A DNA stretch of 64,000 nt, from assembly GCA_951406725.2 (NCBI GenBank), contig OX597819.1, positions 97,092,001 to 97,156,000 of the forward strand. Reading direction: 5' to 3'. This document shows, piece by piece, positions 12,848 to 25,049 of the stretch. Source of the stretch: Octopus vulgaris (Eukaryota). Positions within the stretch are counted from its first letter, which is position 1, and each line of letters starts with the position of its first letter. The translations under genes and the position numbers were made by a program. The notes beneath the pieces were generated by a model. That model was not told the DNA's origin. It saw only the letters and a program-made list of their open reading frames with translations, and searched no databases.

Positions 12848-13799
12848 TTTTGGCCAATACTGAATAAACAGACAGATGTAAACACCTGTGTAAACAATAT
12901 CTTCATAGTCAGAAAAATAGTTGATCTAGTTTCAGTCCTATGCTGAAATTACATCAGCAACTGAGTACCCACTTCTTTGACTGATCATAGTGATACTGCT
13001 TGTAGACCTACTGGTTGAAAGAAAACAGTTAATACACCAGTAATTTATTAATCAAATTAGTTGCCAAGAAACTGACAGTCAATTTACATATGCCTTCATA
13101 ATAGTGTGATTATAAGCAGTAATCCCATGAACAGTTGAAGTGGGTACTTGATCATTGATGAAACTACAACACAGGAACAAAGTTATTCCAGCCAATCCAT
13201 CATTATGTGTCCATGAAGATATTGTATACAATTGCAAGTTGTTTACATTTGTCTTTATACAGTGTGGGCTAAAAACATATAAATATTCTATATCGTACAC
13301 TACAGCATTGGAATAAAAACTGTTTCTGCAACACAGAATACATACATACACACATACTCATGTACATGGTGCATATTCCTGTTTTTAGAATAGTATACCA
13401 TATTCTGTGATTAAAAGGGTTACTTTCAGGAAAGGCATCTAGCCACTAAACACTACCTCAGAAAGTTCCACCCACCCCATGCCAGTATGGTAAAGAATGT
13501 AACAACATTTTTACTTATACACAAATATTTTTTTATATCTATTCTTTCTTTTTATACTTTTATATTTCAATGTTTGCCAACACATAATGCCTTTGTTATA
13601 AAATTTTATGCTCTGTGCATCTGAAGTTGGTTCTGTAAAGAGTGACAACATTCACAAAACTCTCAGTAGTCACAGTTAACAAATTTTCATTTTTGTATAG
13701 AGATTATAGTTGTAAAATCCACACCATTGAAATTTTGCTTTAGAAAATTTCTGTCCAGAAATCACATCAAAGTAGAGGATATATTTTGTTTTTTTAAAG

Positions 13800-14112
13800 G
13801 ATGATGATGATGATAATAGTAAGAAAAGTGGTGAAGGTGAAGATAGTGATGATGATGGTCACGATGCTGAAAATAGTAACAATGCTGACAGTGATGATGA
13901 TAATGATGATGGTGCTGATAGTGACAACGATGGTTCCGGTGGTAATTAAAGCAATGATGATCATCATCAATGCCACCACCACCAGGACTGCCACACTTAC
14001 CCCATTTTACCTAATCTTCTGTTTATATAACAGTTGTAGCCATTCTTCTTAGTCTGCTTTTGGTTATATAGCCATTAACACCACCACTACCACCACCATC
14101 ATCATCATCACC
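13800..14112. repeat. Degenerate (GAT/GGT)n and (CAC/CAT)n trinucleotide tracts
   Basis: Visible directly. They explain the Met/Val- and Ile/Thr-rich pseudo-ORFs here. Confidence 0.85.
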
Positions 14113-14392
14113 AATATTAGTACTACCATAACTTTCTTGACCAACAGCAGCTATGTGAAGACCACTAATTTTTTTAGTTAGTGATACCCTGATGTGTTCA
14201 CAAATGAAACAAAATATCTTTTTGTGGGACTCAAATATGTTCCCACTAATATTTTATAAGTTTGAGATTTTTTTAAATCCTAAGTGTCCATACCATGTTT
14301 TTTTGAACAAGTCATTCCAAAACATATATGTGTGTGTGTGTGTATGTACATGCATAGATGTAGGTGTGAGTTAGTGTGAGCGTGTGTGTAAG

Positions 14393-14502
14393 GTTGTTGG
14401 TTATGGCCAGTCAGGCAGTGACCGTTGGTTTCGCACCTATATTACTAAGAATGTAATAGGTGTGAAACCAATGGTCACTCCTGACCAGCCATAACCAACA
14501 AC
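14393..14502. repeat. 110-nt near-perfect inverted repeat (hairpin)
   Basis: The left arm GTTGTTGGTTATGGCCAGTCAGGCAGTGACCGTTGGTTTCGCACCTAT differs from the reverse complement of the right arm, GTTGTTGGTTATGGCTGGTCAGGAGTGACCATTGGTTTCACACCTAT, at only a few positions. The centre is ATTAC-TAAGAAT-GTAAT. Confidence 0.95.
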
Positions 14503-14696
14503 TTCTGAAGTAGTACTGCTCTAAAATTTTTTAGAGTTCTTCCTTTTGAATTTACGAACTATTTATTGATCAATTATATATTTTCATTTGTTCTGCTGAG
14601 ATTTTTCTTGAGAACACATTCTTCATGGTAATGGCGATTTGATGTCTATGTTTAGCATAAAGGATGTTCACTTTAGTGGTCCTTCCTCTTAATTTT

Positions 14697-14736
<40 letters not shown>

Positions 14737-16149
14737 GCAAATTATTATTGTTGTTGTTATATATGCATACATATATCATTATGGTCATTATTTTATTTAC
14801 ATACACACACTCACACACACACATATATATGACTTTCTATTTGTCCTTCTCTGGTCTCCAGTCCTACAGGGCATTTTCATTTCCCTTGCATTACTTCATA
14901 TCAATCTGTCTTGTAGCCACATGGCTTTTTATTTTGTTGTTTTTGTTTCCGTCATTGTTCTGTACATTTGTTAGCTATTTCCAGTCGCTTTTCTCCACTG
15001 GTGCCACCAAAAGTGAACAATGTCAACGTTAAAGGCATGAAAATGCAATGATCTTTTGGATATTCACTGATGAGAAATAAGCTACAAATTTTCTGCTTGT
15101 TATGCTTTTGTAATATTTCCGTTCGTTGTGTTTCTGCTAAATTTTTTAAATATATATGTGTGTACACACACACACACGCATGCGAGCGTGAAATCTACTG
15201 CTCTCCCTCCCATTTCCTCCTCTCTCTCAAACATACAAACATACACACGTGCATGCATTTCTAATGAAGTTTACATCAATTTTTTATACAAGTAATTATA
15301 GATAGAATGATTATAGGAACTTGGATGTTTTCATGAATTCAATCACGTATATTACCAATACAAGATGTTTCTTTGAAGCGCAATTTCACTATGAAACAGG
15401 AACACTACATATATTATATACCAGTGTCACATACTGAATTTCCATTACTCTGATTTTATAGTCAAGTGCCCTAACCATTGAACCACTTCACTATTATATA
15501 TCTTATATGATGTACAGACACTTCTCCATTATATATACGATATATAATGTTTAGTAGAATACAGTTACTATAATGAATTATTGTATTTAACAGACAATAC
15601 ATCAACATTACATATGTAATGTGCAATTATTTCATATCAGATAGTGAAATATGAAATATGTACTGATCAATTTAAAATACAATTTTATATACATTTAACA
15701 TATGATACAGTGATATTTAACTGATAAATTACAGCAAGAAAATAAATACAATATTAACTAAATATTTTGTGTGTAAGAGGCAGGTATGTATGTGAGAAAG
15801 AGAGAGAGACAGACAGACAAATTGTAGATGTTGATAAAATATATGATATGAGAAGAGGCTGCAAGCAATGTGTGTTATTATCAAATATATCAGTTCTAGA
15901 GAAATAATAACTCTTTAATGACAAATTACAATATAAAGATTGTATCTCTTTCACAAAATTTGCTGATATTTATTTTTCTAACTTATTCTTAGCAGAAACA
16001 AAGTAAATGATTCTTTTAAAACTAATACATAAGAGGTCTTCTTTAAAAAATGGTAATTTTATCATTTTTGAGAATAGAAGACCAAATACAGACTATAGTT
16101 TCACATTAACAAAGTTAGAAGCGAATGTGATCATTGTACAAAATTGTAG

Positions 16150-16510
16150 TTCATTACAGCCCTGTAATTGTTATGACTGCCACTAGTGATAAGTACATTA
16201 CAGTCCTGTACTTTAAATGCTATGACTGTCCACTATTGACAATATCAGTGTCCTGTACTTTAAATGGCATGATTGCCCTCTACTAGCAAGTATACACTGA
16301 CAGCTAAATATAACAAAGCTGTTTGTGAGGTGTGTATGCACATCTGCATTCACTGTTATATATCTAAACTATAAATGAAGTATGCATGTACATTAGTACT
16401 AACAGCTGAATATAACTAAACTATTAGTAGAATGTGTATGTACATTACTGCTAACAGTTGTACATTGCTGTCAGTGAGATGTATATATTAACAACTAACA
16501 GTGGTATTTA
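16150..16510. repeat. Degenerate minisatellite, unit roughly 45 bp
   Basis: Recurring gtcctgtactttaaatg..atgactg and gtacatta.tactaacag.tg motifs. Confidence 0.65.
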
Positions 16511-17611
16511 CAATTAAAAACAAATCTACAATGATTAAACATTTTTAACAGGGACAAGCCAACGTTGTTTTCTAAAAGCATTTTAGGATCGGAGAGATTT
16601 AAAATATGGAATCATTCCAATATAATTTAGTTTCTCTGACCTTTACACTTACTGGAGCTATATAGCAAATCCTGCTAAACTTGTTCAACTCCTGATCATA
16701 TCCATTCATTTAAGAGATTTAATCCACATCTCTACAGACAGGGAATTTGATTCAGGAGATAATCTGGTTCTACTTAATTGAAATAAAATCGGTGATTATT
16801 TCATGACAGATATCAAGCAAAGCAGATCAGAGTTCTAGAAAATTATAAGAATAACAAGCAGCTGACAGCAATACATGGTATTACATGTGACAAATGGTGA
16901 ACTCACTGGAATTTTAGTCCAGCCCACTTTGGTGAGTTTTTGAGTAAAAACGAAATTGATGTAAAATTAACAGTTCCCATAATTTATTCTAGTAGCCATT
17001 ATGGCAATTTTTATTCTAATATTTTGCTTTTTATTACTTCAACTAGCCAACCACAAGCCAACAAAAGGCTGTCTATGCAGTAACTTATCTTGCAAGAAAT
17101 AGCATCAATATACCCTTCAAATTACACCTCACCATTTTGAAGGATACTTCAGACACAACACTGTACCACTGATATACAAAAAGATGGTATGGTCACAGAT
17201 GGAATGGTTTTGATGATAGGTCTACTCTGACAATCTAAACAATGATTAGTTAACCCAATCAGAAAGATCTCAATATTGCTAGAATGTTCATCTTTGTGTT
17301 GAGGTTATTAGTAGAGTTTGGATATTTCTGTGGTTGGAAATATAATATTACCTGTAATCAATAATCTGTATTAATTTACATAGAAAACAGTTCACACCTG
17401 TTCTCAGACACTTGTGAGTTTTTTGCTAGTAGCAAAAATCATCATCATCATCATTAAACATCAGTTTTTCATGTTGCCATGGGTTGGACGGTTTCACTGG
17501 AGTTGGCCAGCTGAAGAGCAGCCTGGGCTTCATTTCTCTGTTTTGGCATGGTATCTATGGATGCCCTTCCTATTGCCAACCACTTTACAGAGTGTACTGG
17601 GTGCTTTTAAC

Positions 17612-18270
17612 ATGGTCCTGACAGAAGTTTTTGTCTTCCCAGAAAAACCAGATCATTCCCTGATTAACTGGATGCCTCAGCTTGTCCAAGAGCTTCTTTG
17701 CTTTTATCAAGTGGCTTTTCTTGGCCTTTGCTATCAAAATTTATCCCTTGTTCCTCTTGAGTGAGTGATAGAAAAGGTCCTCATTCAGGGCCAGCTTCAT
17801 GGTAATGACTCCAACATCTCTCTCATCACAGTCTGGATTCCCTTGGTCAGATCTTCACCTTGTCCTGCAGTTGTTGGATGAATTCCAGCATGCAGACAGA
17901 GTAGGACTTGTATCCTTCTTTGCTGGCTACAGCTTCGTAGTCTCCATTGCCATGTCTTATAGCCTTTACAGTGCCTACAGAGCAATGACCCGCAGTCATG
18001 ATGTTGGCATTTTGATGCCTGACACAAATCATCATCACACAACTAACTCTTTTCCAATATTCATATGGCTTTCTGTCCTCTATGTCAGCTAACATTTTCT
18101 CAACTTCAACATTAATCTGTTTGCTCTCCAACGCTGTTGACATCAATACATTAAGCTGTTCTTGAAAGAAGGAAACATAAACAATTGTGAGATTTAGCCT
18201 GAAAACCTTGAATGTGATCCAGGAAATAGAATGATGACAGAGGTCACTGAAATTCACAAAATTACTAGTG
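17612..18270 (-). mobile_element. Decayed Tc1/mariner-superfamily transposase, N-terminal half (maT/DD37D-like by inference)
   Basis: Minus strand across frameshifts reads KPYEYWKR...GTVKAIRHGNGDYEAVAS...EFIQQLQDKV, then MKLALNEDLFYHSLKRNKG*ILIAKAKKSHLIKAKKLLDKLRHPVNQGMIWFFWEDKNFCQD, a degenerate WFFSDEKNF first catalytic motif. It is truncated by a retroposon tail at about 17610. Confidence 0.75.
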
Positions 18271-18889
18271 CTCTCTCTCTCTCTCTCCCTCAATTCCCAC
18301 CTTGCAACTTCCTCCCACTTCTTTCTTGCTTTAGTTAATTTCACAGACACACCAATTTCTCTCCATTTTGCTCAAGGACTAGATTCAAGCACTAAATTAT
18401 TCATTCATTTTCTATTTTGGTGTCACATTTATTGTACAACTGTCTCATGTTCTGTTATATTTTTATTGTAAGAGATAAGTTTCTTTTGTTTCTTTTCTGC
18501 TTTCTGTTTTAGTCACTAAGTCTTAACCATATTATTTTGTCATGTGTTTGTGTAATCTCTAGCCCAATCACTAAAATTCAATTATATATTTCATCATCAC
18601 CATTTAACATTCATTCTCTATACTGGCATGGGTTGAACAGTATGACAGGAGTGGGACAGGTAAGGATCTGCCCAGGCTCCATGTCTGTTTTGGCATGGTT
18701 TCTATGGCTGGATACTCTTCCTAACACCAACCACTTTACAGTGTGTACTGAGTGCATTTATGTGGCACTAGTGCTTTTTACGGGGCATAAGCACCCATAA
18801 GCCTGCGGGATTGCTTGGCTTAAGAGGGATGTAGGGGACATGCCTGTATGCAAGGACAACCATGATTTTACTTAACTTTACATGTCTTT

Positions 18890-19320
18890 CCAAGCCCACA
18901 TGACCATACCAGCACAGTCATCTCTCTTGCACACCACATCTGATGCTTCTTAGGTCCAACTTTTCTCTCAAAGTACTTACACTCTGTCGAGAATGCACAT
19001 TGACATTACACACCCATCAGAGTATACTGGTTTCATTCCTTAGCATGGCTGTTCGTATACATGCGTCATACAGTTTACCTTTTACTCTGAGCGAGAGGCC
19101 CTTTGTCACCAGCAGAGGTAAGAGCTCTCTGAACTTTGCCCAGGCTATTCTTATTCTAGCAGCTACACTTTCAGCGCACCCTCCCCCGCTACTGACTTGG
19201 TCACCTAGGTAACAGAAGCTATCAACAACTTCTAGTTTTTCTCCCTGGAATGTGGTGGAAGTTGTTCTCTGCACATTTTCAGTGTTTATTGCTCCTGAGT
19301 ATCTGCCACATACAAAAACT
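18890..19320 (-). mobile_element. RTE-clade LINE fragment (RT C-terminal/thumb region)
   Basis: GEKLEVVDSFCYLGDQVSSGGGCAESVAARIRIAWAKFRELLPLLVTKGLSLRVKGKLYDACIRTAML is characteristic of RTE/BovB-like ORFs. Confidence 0.9.
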
Positions 19321-19324
19321 ATCT

Positions 19325-19390
<66 letters not shown>

Positions 19391-19956
19391 TTGAAATATA
19401 CAGAAAAACAAAAGACAAAGACAGGAGTATAAAAAAACAAGTAGGTGTATTAGTTTAACACTGGCTAAAAAGCTACAGTAACACCCCCACTTTGTGGTTA
19501 GCCATATTGAGATGGCTTTTATACTTTACATTGTCGAGCAGTTACTGTTTACATCTCGCTCTGAGATTTAATAAAATTTATATTATTTGATCTCAACTGA
19601 AGCAAGGCTCTATAACCTCACTACCTCCACCTGGTCCCAAAAAAAAACAATATATATATATATATATATCAAAATATGTATGCACACACACATATATGTA
19701 TACATATATCAATATATATATATATACACACACACATATATATATATGTGTGTATATATATATATACGTATATATGTCAATATATCAATATATATATGTA
19801 TATATACACATACACACATATATATATGTATACATATATCAATACATAAAATATTTGAATATCTATATATGTATAATCTATATATCCATATCTCTATACA
19901 TACATCAATATATCCATATATACATCAATATATCCATATATATATATATATACATA

Positions 19957-19984
19957 CACTCATGAATATACCTGTTTTTATATA

Positions 19985-20027
<43 letters not shown>

Positions 20028-20052
20028 TCATGAATATACCTGTTTTTATATA

Positions 20053-20097
<45 letters not shown>

Positions 20098-20122
20098 TCA
20101 TGAATATACCTGTTTTTATATA

Positions 20123-20203
<81 letters not shown>

Positions 20204-20228
20204 TCATGAATATACCTGTTTTTATATA

Positions 20229-20265
<37 letters not shown>

Positions 20266-20290
20266 TCATGAATATACCTGTTTTTATATA

Positions 20291-20329
<39 letters not shown>

Positions 20330-20348
20330 TCATGAATATACCTGTTTT

Positions 20349-20386
<38 letters not shown>

Positions 20387-20405
20387 TCATGAATATACCT
20401 GTTTT

Positions 20406-20439
<34 letters not shown>

Positions 20440-20750
20440 TCATGAATATACCTGTTTTTATATATTCATATATATATATATATATATATATATACACTCA
20501 TGAATATACATGTTTTTATATATTCATATATATATATATATATTAGGACCAGCTGTAGAAACACTGCCAGATATGACTGGCCTGGTGCAGCCTTTTATTG
20601 AACCGTCCATGCTAGCATGGAAAACGGATATATATGATGATGATGATATATATATATATATACACTCATGAATATACCTGTTTTTATATCATCATCATCA
20701 TCAATTCATATATATATATATACACTCATGAATATACCTGTTTTTATATA

Positions 20751-20791
<41 letters not shown>

Positions 20792-21056
20792 TGAATATAC
20801 CTGTTTTTATATATTCATATATATATATACACTCATGAATATACCTGTTTTTATATATTCATATATATATATATATATATACACTCATGAATATACCTGT
20901 TTTTATATATTCATATATATATACACTCATGAATATACCTGTTTTTATATATTCATAATATATATATATATATACACTCATGAATATACCTGTTTTTATA
21001 TATTCATATATATATATATATATATATACACTCATGAATATACCTGTTTTTATATA

Positions 21057-21098
<42 letters not shown>
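19957..21098. repeat. Array of 17 copies of CACTCATGAATATACCTGTTTTTATATATTCA separated by variable (TA)n
   Basis: Copies counted by eye near 19957, 20025, 20095, 20201, 20263, 20327, 20384, 20437, 20495, 20663, 20723, 20789, 20830, 20882, 20924, 20975 and 21029. A few copies carry small variants. Confidence 0.95.
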
Positions 21099-21101
<3 letters not shown>

Positions 21102-21190
21102 AGAATTCAACAAAAAACAAAACAAAAGAAGACAGGTGGTGTATGTATTATGTAATGTCGATATCAAAATATCTATATATATTTATATAT

Positions 21191-21251
<61 letters not shown>

Positions 21252-21611
21252 AACATGTCATAGGAATTAATGAAAAAAAAAAACATTAAAGCACTGTCTG
21301 TTTAAAGAAAGTTAAAATATAAATACTACTGCACAAATGACTTAGATTTTTGGAATCACATTCAGTTAAAAATATTTCTAATTGATTAAATTATTGTGTA
21401 TTCCAAAAGTTGACGTCTTTTTTTTTACTTAGTGAGGTTGAAGACTATGTGTGTGTATATGTCACAGATAGCGGTCATGTGCTTGTATTGATCGACATGC
21501 CATTACATTCATTATATGTGTGTGTATTCTGTATGTACATTGATGTTATCAAAGTTGCTTTTTTGTTCCTCAAGAAACAACAAACAGAAATTGTGTTTAA
21601 TCATTTTCATT

Positions 21612-21812
21612 CATATGTGTGTGTGTGTCTGTCCTCCCCACCACTGCTTGACAACCGATGTGTCTACATCCTCATGGTTTGACAAAAGAGGCTGATAGAA
21701 TAAATACTAGGCTTACAAAGAATAAGCCCTGGGGTTGATTTGTTCGACTAAAGGCGGTGCTCCACCATGGCTGTAGTCAAATAACAGAAGCAATTAACAG
21801 AGTAAAAGAATA
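21612..21812 (+). mobile_element. SINE 3' segment (TTGACAACCGATG...GGGGTTGATTTGTTCGACTAAAGGCGGTGCTCCACCATGGC...GAGTAAAAGA)
   Basis: Reverse-complement copies lie at about 36090-36340, 48060-48260 and 49240-49320, adjacent to family B heads. Confidence 0.65.
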
Positions 21813-24406
21813 TGTGTATATATAATAATGTATCCAAATTTCCCTGTAATGTGCTGGAGGCTTGCCCCAAGAACTGGTTGTGATACAACATTGGCTTTTC
21901 TCTTCCTGAGGCAATATTGAAGGTGTATTTACTCTAGTAAGTAGAGAGCACCAGAAGGTGTAGCTGTGTACTTAGTAACTTTGTATACTGATAGTTTGAC
22001 ATAGAGGAGCTGGTTAAGCATCTCTGAAGGAGGAGGTTATTTTTCTAATAAAGTTATTTTTTAACTAATACACACCTATCTGACAACATCATCATCAAAA
22101 CCAAAATCAAAGTGTGTATTGGAAGCAGGCCCATTAGTCAGAATAAATATATATTAACAGCAAAATGAGCAGTAGTATTAACAATATGGAGAGGAGTGTG
22201 AACAAGTGGGCAGTGAATGAGGGGTATCATCTCTGTTGTGGCACTGACAATGTAGGAACATCATCATTTCAATAAGAGCAGGTATTATATGACCAAAAAT
22301 GTCATTAAACCACCATTGTTTAAATATTTTTCACTTCCCAATATATTCAGATTCTCTCTTCAAATGGAGATTGTCTCCAGAACTACAAAGACTGTTTAGG
22401 TAAGACATTACGTTCTATAAAATATCTTCGTAATTAATCTTTATTATGTTGAGAGCTGGATGTGAAATGTTTTAATAACTAAACTCATTTATATACATAG
22501 ACACAAACTGCTGTATTTCAGAAACAAGAGATATATTTGTGAATAATCTACAAAGAAAATTAGATAGAAATATTTGTGCATTTCTCATAAAGTTTTGATT
22601 CTAAATGCTTCTATAAAATGAGACAAAGCACAAATCTTTGAAATTTATTATACAAGGGTTTGTGATAATTCTTTATTGGTCTATTTGATATGTTAATACA
22701 ATATCCATTACATTCCATAATTACTAGGATTATAATTAGAATAGGGTTGCATTGGTGCTGATTATACTGTTGTCTGTGGTGGTACTGGTGTTGGTTATAG
22801 TGTAATGTGTGGTGATATTGGTGTTGGCTGTAGTACAGTTTGTGGTGATGTTGGTGTTGGTTAAAGTGCTACCATAGGATATACTATAAAAAATGCCAAC
22901 ACTGCCATTGTAATGCTGTAAAAATACATTATGCAAAACAAAAACAAAGAAAAAAGGAAAAAAAAATCCCTACCAAGACTAGTATAATGAAGACAAATGG
23001 TCATACCAAGCAGCTGAAAGAGTGCCAACCAAAATGATAAGAATAATGAGGGCAAAAGTAAAGTTTGCCAACAGGCAAAGGCTACAGGTCAGAAACAAAT
23101 GAAGGACTGTCAGTGGCAAAGGTATAGTATCTGGTCACCATTTACTCTCAGACCTCCCTTGAATATCTCTGCCCAACAAAAAATAGCACTGTTTTCCATG
23201 AGGAGATGTAGGTATAGCATTTCTTTTTCCATTTTTTTCTTCTTTGTAGACTGTGTTGTTAATGCAGAGATGATGGTGTTACTGACATCCATGGTGCACC
23301 ATCACAACACCATTCACCAAAAAAGTTACTGCCATCATCATCAGCACACCATAAACACTACAGTTTCTGCTATCGTCTTTATCATCACAACCAGCATCAA
23401 TCACTTGCAATATGTTCACTAAAACAGGAAATATTTAAGAAAGCTTGATCTAAACAATTGCTGAAGTATTGTTGTCAATGATATTGTGTTCAACAATGAA
23501 ATTCCTAGAAAACATAAGCCTCTAATCAATGAAATAATGCTATAGAACTGTTGTGGTGGAGTATGTATGGTTTGGAGCAAACAAAGAAATAACTGTTTTC
23601 TTTTACATCACACCATTTTAATTTTTTTTTTGTTTTGAAAATTAAAAAATATAATTATAGCTGGCAAAAAAATAAATTGCAACTACTTTTACAAGATATT
23701 AGACATCTAGATTTAAAACCCACATTATTTGACTTTCTTCATAGAAAATGTTATAACCATTATTCCTTGAAACTGAAAAATTTCCTTTTCAACAACAATC
23801 TCTGGTTTATATTATTAAGATAGAAGAGATTGGTTAGCAAATCTAAACAATTGAGAGATATATTGGATGGTTGGGTAACAACTGTGCATGTGTTAATATT
23901 GAACAGTGAGGTGAGTGCTCAACACTGTTGTTAGATAAATATTCTTTATTTGTGGGTCAACAAGGTTACAAATGTTGGTACTCATCTTGATCTTGTGTGA
24001 TGCTGAGATGGAGACAAGTACCAGTGCACCATGTGACAGGCTTGATAATTGCTGAGAATTCTCAGCAAGGAACCAATTGTTAACCCACAAACAAAGTACA
24101 CATACACATGTGAAATAGCATTAGATCTGAGGGAGCCTCTATCGAATCACCCAACCTTCTAAAAATAGCAGCTAAATCTCCTTCAAATGTGTCTCAGCCA
24201 TCTTAAATAAAGAAAAGATCATTTGGATAATTTAGTTTAAAATGATGAGGTGGTCGTACTGGAAGTTTTTTGAACATATATATATGTCCAATCTGAGGCT
24301 AAACAATGGTAACACCATCAAGTCCACTACTATCAACCAACAAAACAAGTAAACCATCCTAGTTGATCAAGAGCATGTTATTACTTTTTTTATTGCTATT
24401 AATGAA

Positions 24407-24825
24407 GCAGCGAGCTGGCAGAATCGTAAGCATGCCAGGCAAAATGCTTAGTCGTATTTCGCCTGTCACTATGTTGTGAGTTCAAATTCCGCCAATGACG
24501 ACTTCATCTTTTATCCTTTCAATGTAATTGACTAGTCCCCTCTCCCACAAATTTCAGGCTTTGTGACTATTGTAGAAAGGATTATTATTATAATTAATAA
24601 GGTGATGAGCTGGTAGAATCATTAGCATGCCAGGCAAAATGTTTAGCAGCATTTAGTCCATCTTTACATTCTAAGTTCAAATTCCACTGAGGTAAACATG
24701 ACCTTGCATCCTTTCAGAGTTGATGAATTAAGTACAAGGGAAACACTGGATGGAGGAGGTCGATGTAACTGACTAGTTCCCTCCTCCAAAATTTCAGGCC
24801 TTGTGCCTGTAGTAGAAAGGATTAT
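24407..24825 (+). mobile_element. Two tandem family A SINEs with (ATT)/(ATC) tails
   Basis: Two heads (GAGCTGGCAGAATCG / GAGCTGGTAGAATCA) and two tails CAAATTTCAGGC.TTGTG...GTAGAAAGGATTAT. Confidence 0.85.
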
Positions 24826-25049
24826 CATCATCATTTTTTTCATATACACTCAACAGATTAGACTGAATTTTCCTTTTCTTTTTGTATAGGTTTTGCTGTG
24901 GTTTACAGTTTTTGTAATTGTGCAGTTTGTATTAACTGGCAAGTGCTTATTTCCTTAATTTTTATCATACGTTTAATTTGTTGTTGCAATAAAAGGTTAT
25001 TTTTTTATATACACTCAACAGATTAAACTGTTGGAAAAGAAAAATTTCT

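Noticed and set aside
12918-12965. Possible further hammerhead on the minus strand (CTGATGT...GAAACTAGATC)
   Set aside because: The core has a substitution, and stems II and III do not pair convincingly.
17847-18350. 167-aa minus-strand ORF with an apparent splice acceptor, resembling a host exon
   Set aside because: The downstream frameshifted sequence continues into KAKKLLDKLRHP...IWFFWEDKNFCQD, so this is a decayed Tc1/mariner-type transposase.
19465-19650. Possible solo LTR (contains AATAAA, ends in an A-run)
   Set aside because: No TG...CA termini with TSD and no second copy in the window.
19957-21098. CRISPR array
   Set aside because: The spacers are only (TA)n, there are no cas genes or leader, and the context is eukaryotic. 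Reported as a compound minisatellite.
19587-21167. Long Tyr/Ile/His-rich ORFs (also 8713-9210, 43180-43502, 60273-60733)
   Set aside because: They are translations of (TA)n/(CA)n microsatellites, which lack stop codons.
21830-22330. GC-richer block that might be a decayed LTR-element pol end or an exon
   Set aside because: Stops occur in the frames examined and there is no diagnostic motif.
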